Part shown: positions 57,016-64,000 of the stretch, in pieces
How positions within the stretch are numbered: position 1 is the stretch's first letter
Layout of the letters: every line of letters begins with the position of its first letter
DNA from: Christensenellales bacterium
GTDB lineage: Bacteria > Bacillota > Clostridia > Christensenellales > MGBC116941
Assembly: GCA_050945795.1 (NCBI GenBank)
Contig: JBMNTP010000007.1
Coordinates: forward strand, 864 to 64,863
Length of the DNA stretch: 64,000 nt
Direction of reading: 5' to 3'
Position numbers and translations under genes: made by a program
Notes under the pieces: generated by a model
Told to the model about the DNA's origin: nothing
The model's database searches: none
What the model saw: only the letters and a program-made list of their open reading frames with translations

Positions 57016-58416
57016 TTAATACCCCAGTCCTACCGCCTTTGACAGCGCCCTTTGAGCCAGCGGCGCGGCGTTTCTGCCGCCCGAACCCGCATTTTCAAGC
57101 ACCACCGCCACCGCCAAAGGATGATCCGACTCTTCAATAAATCCTACAAACCAGGCATGCGAATTGGCTCCTCCCACCTCCGCCGTACCCGTTTTTCCGC
57201 AGACGGTAACGCCGTCAACCGCCGCCGACCTACCCGTGCCGCTTTTAACAACGCTTCTCATAAGCCCTTTTAGAGTATCCGCCTGGCTTTTAGAAAGCGG
57301 CGACGCCGCAACTCTTGCGGACGGCGTAACCGTTGAAAAGCCTTGTGAGCCTTCAACCTTTTTTAGCAGCCTCGGCTCCATCATGTCCCCTCCGTTTGCC
57401 ACCGATGCCGCTATAAGACACATATGTAACGGCGAAACGGTATCTTTATACTGCCCTACCGCCGACCACGCCAAATGCCCCTTTTCAGCCGTATATTCGT
57501 ACTCGCTCATGCGCATCAAGACGTCCTTGAATACCATTTCCTTATTAAAGCCGAAATCCTCCGCCGTCGACCTAAGCCGCGTACCAAGTTCTACGCCCAA
57601 AGATCCAAAATAGCTGTTGCACGATACCGTAAAGGCGGATAACAGTGTTTCGTTACCATGCGACTCGCCGTTATTATCGGTAAGTATATTGCCGTCAAAA
57701 TCAACAGAGCCGGTACAGGTAAACGCCCTGTCTTCTATTCCGCCTATGTTTTTAAGCGCCGACGCCGCCGTTATTATCTTAAATACCGAGCCGGGCGTAT
57801 AGCGGCCCTGCGAAACTCTGTTTACTAATTCGCCATTGTCTTGCTGCTGCTCTCCTTCTTTGGGCGGCTTTATGGTAGACGGATCAAAGGCAGGCAGGCT
57901 TACCAGCGATATAATCTCGCCCGTCTTGTAATTCATAACTACAACCGCGCCCCTCCTGCCGTCCATAGCGTCGTATATATGCTTTGACAGCTCAGAGTCG
58001 ACAGTAAGGTATACATCGTCGCCCCTGCGCTTCCCTCCGGCTATTCCCTCATAAACCCTTTCAAAAACTCCGGTATTAAAACCGTAAAGGTAGTTTCCGA
58101 AAATAGTTTCAGCGCCGCCCGGCACCATAGCGTACTGCTCGCCTATAACATGAGCGTTGGCCAGCCTTAACCCCTTTGAATCGTTATAAAGCCTGTCTCC
58201 CGCATCGTTTGAATACGCCAGCTTTATGCCGTTCCTATCCAAAACGCTGCCGGCTATTATGTTTCGCTTTTGCTCGGACAGCCGCGGATTGTACGGCGAA
58301 GAAAACCATTGCGAGCCGTATGTTGAAACGGAGTACGCCGAATATAGTATAAGCGATACAAACATCGCCGCGAATATAACTGTTATTATCCTTATATTCC
58401 TTCTTAGTTTATCCAT
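57016..58416 (-). CDS. class B penicillin-binding protein (peptidoglycan D,D-transpeptidase, PBP2/FtsI family)
   Basis: Membrane anchor, SxxK (SVFK) and KTGT(A) motifs. ATG 58416 overlaps the ftsW/rodA stop by 8 nt. Confidence 0.9.
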   Translation of the reverse strand: MDKLRRNIRIITVIFAAMFVSLILYSAYSVSTYGSQWFSSPYNPRLSEQKRNIIAGSVLDRNGIKLAYSNDAGDRLYNDSKGLRLANAHVIGEQYAMVPGGAETIFGNYLYGFNTGVFERVYEGIAGGKRRGDDVYLTVDSELSKHIYDAMDGRRGAVVVMNYKTGEIISLVSLPAFDPSTIKPPKEGEQQQDNGELVNRVSQGRYTPGSVFKIITAASALKNIGGIEDRAFTCTGSVDFDGNILTDNNGESHGNETLLSAFTVSCNSYFGSLGVELGTRLRSTAEDFGFNKEMVFKDVLMRMSEYEYTAEKGHLAWSAVGQYKDTVSPLHMCLIAASVANGGDMMEPRLLKKVEGSQGFSTVTPSARVAASPLSKSQADTLKGLMRSVVKSGTGRSAAVDGVTVCGKTGTAEVGGANSHAWFVGFIEESDHPLAVAVVLENAGSGGRNAAPLAQRALSKAVGLGY

Positions 58417-59644
58417 CAGCAACAACGCTCCTGTCCCTCTCGTCGCTGTTCATAGTAGCCACAGCCTGAAGTATACCCATAAGCGCCATAGACGCTATCA
58501 TACTTGAGCCGCCGTAGCTAATAAAAGGCAGCGTTATACCAGTAAGCGGAATAAGCTTTATTACCCCGCCTATTATTATAAAGCTTTGCAGCGTCAAAAG
58601 CGACGTGCAGCCAAGCGCCAAAAGCGCGTGGAACCTGTTTGACGCCCCGAGCGCTATTAGCGCACCGCGCACCACCAAAACAAGATAAAACGCCACCACA
58701 GCAAAGCCGAATATCATGCCGAACTCCTCGCATATAACTGCGAATATATAGTCGGTGTGCCGCGCCGGAATGCTGCCTGGCGAGCCGTTGCCAAGCCCTA
58801 GCCCCAAAAAGCCGCCCGACGCTATCGCCATAAGCCCCTGCACAATCTGATAACCCTTGTTGCTATAATCGGCCCACGGGTTTTTCCACATCTCCACCCT
58901 TACCTTAACATGGTCGAATAAATGATATGATGCCACCGCTCCGACGCCCGCGGCTAAAAGACCGGCTCCGGTTAATAAAATATCGCTTGTAGCGGCATAA
59001 AACATTATAAGCACAGTGCCGGCGTACAATAGCGCCGCTCCAAGATCCCTTGAAACAACGAGTATCATAAGGCAAGCGCCGGTGAAGAGTATAATAGGCA
59101 GCAGTTGCCGCTTTTTTTGTACCCTCGAGAAACATGCCGCCGATATAAAGACCAGCGCCACCTTTACAAACTCGCTCGGCTGCAATGAAAAGCCAAATAT
59201 ATTAAACCAGTTTCTGGCCCCGCCCACCGTTCTGCCAAATACAAGGCTTGATGCGAGAAACACAAGGCTCAATCCCATAAGCCACCAAACCGATCCGTCC
59301 CATATAAATATTTTGCGGATTATAAGCATAACCGCCATCATAACAACCATGCCAATAGCAAGAAAAACTATCTGCCGGTGCGCAATTGACGGCTCCAGCC
59401 GATACTGCACTATAAGCCCAACGCCGGCGAGAGTGTTCGATATTATAAGCACATATCTGTCGATGCCGCGAAACAGTGCCTTTAATATGCCGTATTGGAA
59501 AACCAAAAGCGCGCTCGATATTACTCCCATAACTATCGCCGCATAGTCAAAAGAGCCGCCTCGGAACGATAGCAGCGCGAACGCCGACAACTGAAACAAT
59601 ACTATGACCGTCAAAAGGCCGGCCGCGCTTGGCCTGTTCCTCAT
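58409..59644 (-). CDS. FtsW/RodA/SpoVE family peptidoglycan glycosyltransferase (SEDS)
   Basis: 411 aa, about 10 TM helices, and a SEDS signature (...GLGLGNGSPGSIP..HTDYIFAVI.EE.G). Confidence 0.92.
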   Translation of the reverse strand: MRNRPSAAGLLTVIVLFQLSAFALLSFRGGSFDYAAIVMGVISSALLVFQYGILKALFRGIDRYVLIISNTLAGVGLIVQYRLEPSIAHRQIVFLAIGMVVMMAVMLIIRKIFIWDGSVWWLMGLSLVFLASSLVFGRTVGGARNWFNIFGFSLQPSEFVKVALVFISAACFSRVQKKRQLLPIILFTGACLMILVVSRDLGAALLYAGTVLIMFYAATSDILLTGAGLLAAGVGAVASYHLFDHVKVRVEMWKNPWADYSNKGYQIVQGLMAIASGGFLGLGLGNGSPGSIPARHTDYIFAVICEEFGMIFGFAVVAFYLVLVVRGALIALGASNRFHALLALGCTSLLTLQSFIIIGGVIKLIPLTGITLPFISYGGSSMIASMALMGILQAVATMNSDERDRSVVADG

Positions 59645-60114
59645 ACCTGCTCCTCCTCATCATATTCTTCGTAGTCATAACCGTCGTAAAACTCGAAGCT
59701 TATTTCGCCCACCGTTATTATATCGCCGTTGTATAACACCTGCGGGCGATCGGCCGGTTCGCCGTTTACATATGTACCGGCAGCGCTTCCGGCGTCGTAT
59801 ACTATAAATTCTCCGTTTTTAAAGTATATAACAGCGTGCGTTCGCGATACTGTGTTAAACGGCAGAAAAACATCGCACTTTCCGGCGCTGCCTATTGTGT
59901 TTTCCATGAATAAAGGATAGCGCTCATCTAGCCATTCCTCCTCCGGCGCATCTATAATTGTTATAGTCGCTCCGCCCATGGCATGACGTTGCCCCCTGCC
60001 GGCGCCGTATTCGCTTATAGCGTTTAGCACCAGCCGCAAAAGTATATATAATATCATGGCTATGAACACATAGCGCATCACAACCGCAATTGTGCTGTAA
60101 AGCTCCTCGGGCAT
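59641..60114 (-). CDS. membrane-anchored FHA domain protein (FhaB/FipA-like)
   Basis: N-terminal TM helix (VFIAMILYILLRLVL) and a C-terminal FHA domain (IGSAGKCDVFL...VSRTHAVIYFKNGEFIVYDAGSAAGTYVNG). ATGA overlap with the SEDS gene. Confidence 0.88.
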   Translation of the reverse strand: MPEELYSTIAVVMRYVFIAMILYILLRLVLNAISEYGAGRGQRHAMGGATITIIDAPEEEWLDERYPLFMENTIGSAGKCDVFLPFNTVSRTHAVIYFKNGEFIVYDAGSAAGTYVNGEPADRPQVLYNGDIITVGEISFEFYDGYDYEEYDEEEQV

Positions 60115-60232
60115 AAAACAGTACGCTCCCCCGCCGTTTTCCTCAATTTTACCATAAACGCCGCTGCGTTAACATTCTTAAAGCAGGCGAAATATGTATT
60201 ATACTTGCGAATGCAGTACCCACAGCGCCGCT

Positions 60233-61528
60233 TCAATCTATAATATCAACTATATATTCCGGCACAACAGCATCGCCGTATCTAAACGCCGCCATCACTT
60301 TCTCAATAATAGCATTTGCCGCCTTCTCATCAGCCGCATGCAGCACAGCCAAAGTCTGACCCTTAACTACCTCATCGCCCGGCCTCGCCTTAATCCATAT
60401 GCCCGCCGCCGCATCTATGCTATCGCCTTTTTTGGCGCGACCCGCCCCAAGCTGCTGCGCCGCCTCTCCTATAATCAGCGCATCGACCGCCTCAATCCTG
60501 CCCGATGATTCCGCCTTTACCTCCGCCTTAACTCGGCTTTTGGGGAGCATCGAAAAATCATCAAGCGCGGCGGCGTTTCCGCCCTGTGCCGCCACCATAC
60601 GCTTAAGCACATCATAAGCCTCGCCCGATAAAAGCGCCTCAGCCGCCCTTATTCGGGCTTTTTCAAGGCTTAATACGCCGCTAATTTCAAGCATATGCGC
60701 CGCCAACTCTAAAGACACCTCTAAAAGCGCGCCGCCCTCCTCGCCCTTAAGCACCATTACCGCCTCCATAACCTCTATGGCGTTTCCTACCGCGTTTCCG
60801 AGCGGCGCATCCATGCGGGTAATAAGCGCGCGCATTTTTCTTCCCGCCCTTTTGCCTATATCAACCATAGCCTTAGCAAGCATAACGCTTTGGCTTTGCG
60901 TTTTCATAAACGCCCCGCCGCCGGTTTTAACATCTAAAAGTATGGCATCGGAGCCGGAAGCCAGCTTTTTGCTCATAATGCTAGACGCTATAAGAGGTAT
61001 GCTTTCAACTGTCGCGGTAACATCCCTTAGCGCATACAGCGCTCCGTCAGCGGGCGCTAAATTGTGGCTTTGCCCCGCCACCGCCACTCCTACTTCATTA
61101 ACTATTTTTGAAAACCTCTCGGCGCTTAGCAATACCTCAAAGCCGGGAATAGCCTCAAGCTTATCTATCGTGCCGCCGGTATGCCCAAGCCCCCGCCCAG
61201 ACATTTTAGCCACTCGCCCTCCGCACGCCGCCACTAGAGGAGCTATTATAAGCGTTGTCGTATCGCCGACGCCGCCTGTTGAATGCTTGTCGCATTTTAT
61301 ACCTTCTATGCCGGATAAATCGGCTGTTTCTCCTGAATCGGCCATGGCAATGGTCAGTTGAGCCGTTTCCTCGGCGTCCATGCCGTTTATATAGATGGCC
61401 ATAAGCAGCGCAGAAAGCTGATAATCGGGTATTGAGCCATCCGCCGCTCCAAACGCAAAAAAGCGTATTTCGTCCTCACTTAGCCGCCGCCCATCCCGCT
61501 TTTTGGCAATTATATCGTACATCCGCAA
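60233..61528 (-). CDS. pdp: pyrimidine-nucleoside (thymidine) phosphorylase
   Basis: Contains ...KHSTGGVGDTTTL... 431 aa. TTG 61528 has GGAGGGG about 8 nt upstream (ATG 61522 is an alternative start). Confidence 0.94.
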   Translation of the reverse strand: MRMYDIIAKKRDGRRLSEDEIRFFAFGAADGSIPDYQLSALLMAIYINGMDAEETAQLTIAMADSGETADLSGIEGIKCDKHSTGGVGDTTTLIIAPLVAACGGRVAKMSGRGLGHTGGTIDKLEAIPGFEVLLSAERFSKIVNEVGVAVAGQSHNLAPADGALYALRDVTATVESIPLIASSIMSKKLASGSDAILLDVKTGGGAFMKTQSQSVMLAKAMVDIGKRAGRKMRALITRMDAPLGNAVGNAIEVMEAVMVLKGEEGGALLEVSLELAAHMLEISGVLSLEKARIRAAEALLSGEAYDVLKRMVAAQGGNAAALDDFSMLPKSRVKAEVKAESSGRIEAVDALIIGEAAQQLGAGRAKKGDSIDAAAGIWIKARPGDEVVKGQTLAVLHAADEKAANAIIEKVMAAFRYGDAVVPEYIVDIID

Positions 61529-61610
61529 AGAAAGCCCCTCCCATGCAGTTTTTTATATTGTACCCTATATTGCTTTCTAGGAGCAACAAAAGCGGCGTTC
61601 CCTGTCTTGG

Positions 61611-61638
61611 TTGAAAACAGAGGCGCTATGTGTATAAT
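61611..61638 (+). promoter_or_regulatory. sigma-A type promoter for the chromate-transporter pair
   Basis: TTGAAA (61611-61616), a 16-nt spacer, then TATAAT (61633-61638). Confidence 0.55.
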
Positions 61639-61666
61639 AAACGTAGTGCATCAAAGGGGGTACAAA

Positions 61667-62248
61667 ATGAAGCAAGCTAAAAAGAAGTCGGACCTTTGGC
61701 CGCTTTTTAAGATTTTCTTCACCGCCAGCGCCTTCACATTTACAGGCGCTATGGCTCTAATTCCGGTTATCAAAAAAAGCATAACCGAAACATACGGATA
61801 TATGGATGAGGACAAGTTTCTTGAATATACTGCGCTGTCGCAGTCTTTGCCCGGCGTTATAACAATAAACCTCTCTATATTCGTAGGAAAGCATGTAGCG
61901 GGTATGCGCGGCGCTTTAGTCGCGGCTTTCGCGGCGGCGCTGCCGGCGTTTGTAACAATGCTTATAGTTACGGCCATAGTCGATATAATTCCGCAAGAAG
62001 GCATTATTGTCGGCATATTCAAAGGCATACGGGCGGCAAGCGCGGCGCTTATATTCGCGGCCGCTTATAGCTTAGGCAAAAAAGATATGCGCCATGCCTT
62101 TAATATAGCGCTGGCACTTGCGGCATTTGGCGCTATAGTAATACTCAATATAGGCGTTTTTCCGGTTATAATAGCGGCGGGAGTTGCCGGAATTTTATAT
62201 AACGGCGTTATCAAAAAGGACAAGAATGAAAAGGAGGAAAGCAAATGA
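61667..62248 (+). CDS. short-chain chromate ion transporter (CHR) family protein, N-type half
   Basis: ATG 61667 has AAAGGGGG upstream. About 5 TM helices and a CHR motif region (...FTGAMALIPVI...). ATGA overlap with the partner gene. Confidence 0.85.
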   Translation: MKQAKKKSDLWPLFKIFFTASAFTFTGAMALIPVIKKSITETYGYMDEDKFLEYTALSQSLPGVITINLSIFVGKHVAGMRGALVAAFAAALPAFVTMLIVTAIVDIIPQEGIIVGIFKGIRAASAALIFAAAYSLGKKDMRHAFNIALALAAFGAIVILNIGVFPVIIAAGVAGILYNGVIKKDKNEKEESK

Positions 62249-62811
62249 ACATTATATTGCACCTGTTCTTCTCTTTCCTAAAGATTGGACTTATTGGCTT
62301 TGGCGGCGGCTACAGCATACTTTCAATAATACTCGCGGAATCCGCCTCGCTCGGGCTTACGATAGAGCAATTCGCTGACCTCAATGTTCTAGACCTCGTA
62401 GTACCAGGCCCTATAGCCATAAACTCGGCTACATATGTCGGCTATCTTTCAGGCGGCGTACTCGGCTCTATAACGGCAACAGTTGGCGTTTGTATAGCCA
62501 GCTTTATACTCGTTCCTATAATGATGTATTTTCTAAATAAATATAAAGAAGCATCGGGGCTTAGAAATTTCCTTGCTGGCGTAAAACCCGCGACAATAGG
62601 ACTTATAGCGGCGGCGGCGTTCGCTATAGCGATAGGCGTACTACAAACGGCTCCGGACTTTGCCGCCTTTATGCAAAACCCGTTTGGCTCAATATCTTAT
62701 ATTAGCGTAGGCATATTTATAGCGACGCTTGTCGCCAGCCTTAAGTTTGACGTAAATCCTATTCTCCTAACAGTACTCTCCGGCGTCGCCGGTGCCTTCC
62801 TTCTGGCTTAA
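62245..62811 (+). CDS. short-chain chromate ion transporter (CHR) family protein, C-type half
   Basis: LKIGLIGFGGGYSILSII..., 188 aa. Paired with the preceding half, like B. subtilis ywrA/ywrB. Confidence 0.85.
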   Translation: MNIILHLFFSFLKIGLIGFGGGYSILSIILAESASLGLTIEQFADLNVLDLVVPGPIAINSATYVGYLSGGVLGSITATVGVCIASFILVPIMMYFLNKYKEASGLRNFLAGVKPATIGLIAAAAFAIAIGVLQTAPDFAAFMQNPFGSISYISVGIFIATLVASLKFDVNPILLTVLSGVAGAFLLA

Positions 62812-64000
62812 AAGCCGAAGGGAGGCTTCTTCCTTCTTAGCCATTTTCTCTTCCCATTCTTCATACATACAGTCAGTTTCGGCGTCTATGGCGTCGGCCT
62901 CGGCTTGAAGCTGCATAAGCTTTTCATAATCGCTCTCGCCATACATAAGGCTGCGCTTTTTTTCGGCCTCCTGCTCTTTTTCGGCTATAGCCTCTTCCAG
63001 CCGCCTTATACTGCCCTCCAGCATCCTAACCGCCTGCGACAGCTCTTTTTGAAGTTGGTATCCGCTTATCTTCTTTACCCTCTCGCCGCCCTTTTCCGGC
63101 TCCTCAACAACACGCTTGGCGACATAATCATCATAATTGCCGGCGTATTCTTGGGCGCCGTCTTTTTTAAGCTCTATTATTCGGTTAGCGAATCTGTTTA
63201 TAAAATACCTGTCATGAGAAACGGCAAGCATTGTGCCTTCATATTCCTCCAAAGCATTTTCGAGCGCCTCTCTCGACATTATGTCAAGATGGTTTGTCGG
63301 CTCGTCTAGTATAAGAATATTGGCACCGCATAATATAAGCCGCAGCAGCTCTATCCTAGCTCTTTCGCCGCCGCTCATGCTCGATGCCTTTTTAAACACA
63401 TCAACGCCCTTTATGCCAAACATTGCCAGAGCGCCCCGCGCCTCGCCGTCAGTTATACCGAGCGCAGTAATATTTTCGAGCGCCGTTCCCTCTTTATAAA
63501 GCCCCGACTGCTCTTGATCATAGTAACCTATGCTTATGCCTGATCCCCATTTTACGCCGTCGCCTCCGGCGTAAAGCAGCTTTATAAGCGTAGTCTTGCC
63601 GCAGCCGTTAGGCCCCGCTATAAACGCCCTGTCCCCTCTTTTTATATTGAAGCTAATGTTTTCAAAAAGCGTCATGTCGGGGAAATGCTTGTATACGCCG
63701 TCAACCGACAACACATCCTTGCCGCTTGGCTTGCCTATCCCCAGCTTTATTTTAATGCCCTCCGGACTTTTCTTAGGCGGTGATACTGTCTCAAGCAGTC
63801 TATTTAGCTGCTTTTGAGTGCTTTCCGCCTTTTTTATGCTCTTTTCTCTATTCCATTGCCTCTGTTTTTCAATTATGCCCTCTAGCCGTTCAGCCTCGCG
63901 CATAACATTTTTATATCTCTTTAGCTCGGCTTCCTTTAATTCTCGCTTTTTCTGCATAGCGACGGTATAAGCGCCGCCATAACATTCTAGTTTTCCGTTT
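62767..64000 (-). CDS. ABC-F family ATPase (C-terminal about 410 aa; 5' end lies beyond the window)
   Basis: The reading frame stays open to position 64000 (...GKLECYGGAYTVAMQKKRELKEAE...). It has an inter-domain linker, a second ABC domain (GPNGCGKTTL, MSGGERAR) and a coiled-coil C-terminus. Confidence 0.88.
   Translation of the reverse strand, partial: NGKLECYGGAYTVAMQKKRELKEAELKRYKNVMREAERLEGIIEKQRQWNREKSIKKAESTQKQLNRLLETVSPPKKSPEGIKIKLGIGKPSGKDVLSVDGVYKHFPDMTLFENISFNIKRGDRAFIAGPNGCGKTTLIKLLYAGGDGVKWGSGISIGYYDQEQSGLYKEGTALENITALGITDGEARGALAMFGIKGVDVFKKASSMSGGERARIELLRLILCGANILILDEPTNHLDIMSREALENALEEYEGTMLAVSHDRYFINRFANRIIELKKDGAQEYAGNYDDYVAKRVVEEPEKGGERVKKISGYQLQKELSQAVRMLEGSIRRLEEAIAEKEQEAEKKRSLMYGESDYEKLMQLQAEADAIDAETDCMYEEWEEKMAKKEEASLRLLSQKEGTGDAGEYC

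Overview
This window is a core-genome stretch of a roughly 50% GC endospore-forming Firmicute that looks Clostridia-like. It is more than 90% coding, and nearly all genes are on the minus strand. Gene order reproduces two conserved Bacillus-type blocks. The first is the 'ylo' block: yicC-remA-gmk-rpoZ-coaBC-priA-def-fmt-rsmB-rlmN-stp-prkC-rsgA-rpe-thiN-(spoVM)-rpmB/asp23-yloV. The second is the 'yqe' block: lepA-hemW-hrcA-grpE-dnaK-dnaJ-prmA-rsmE-mtaB-...-rpsU. Between and after these blocks lie: ligA-pcrA-yerC; larBC; guaB; ogg; icd; ddl with a murF-like gene; the tsaE-tsaB-rimI cluster; glcK-hprK; uvrC; an FHA-FtsW/RodA-PBP operon; pdp; a split chromate-transporter pair; and a truncated ABC-F gene at the right edge. 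I found no rRNA or tRNA genes, CRISPR arrays, transposases, integrases or recognisable defence islands, so the window is mostly ordinary housekeeping DNA. Many ORF-track starts are over-extended; I re-called them from Shine-Dalgarno spacing and gene junctions. The items worth a second look are all small or non-coding, and none can be confirmed without database or expression data. (1) A 69-aa Cys/Gly-rich tandem-module micro-protein has its own SD and is followed by a 400-nt structured gene-free region. (2) A 128-nt-period non-coding tandem repeat with conserved hairpins lies between uvrC and a HAD hydrolase gene. (3) A SpoVM-like micro-ORF sits at the syntenic thiN/rpmB position and falls below the ORF-track cutoff. 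(4) A MurF-like ligase has its N-terminal domain replaced by a polytopic membrane domain. (5) An actinobacterial-style FHA-RodA/FtsW-PBP operon is unlinked from PrkC/Stp.
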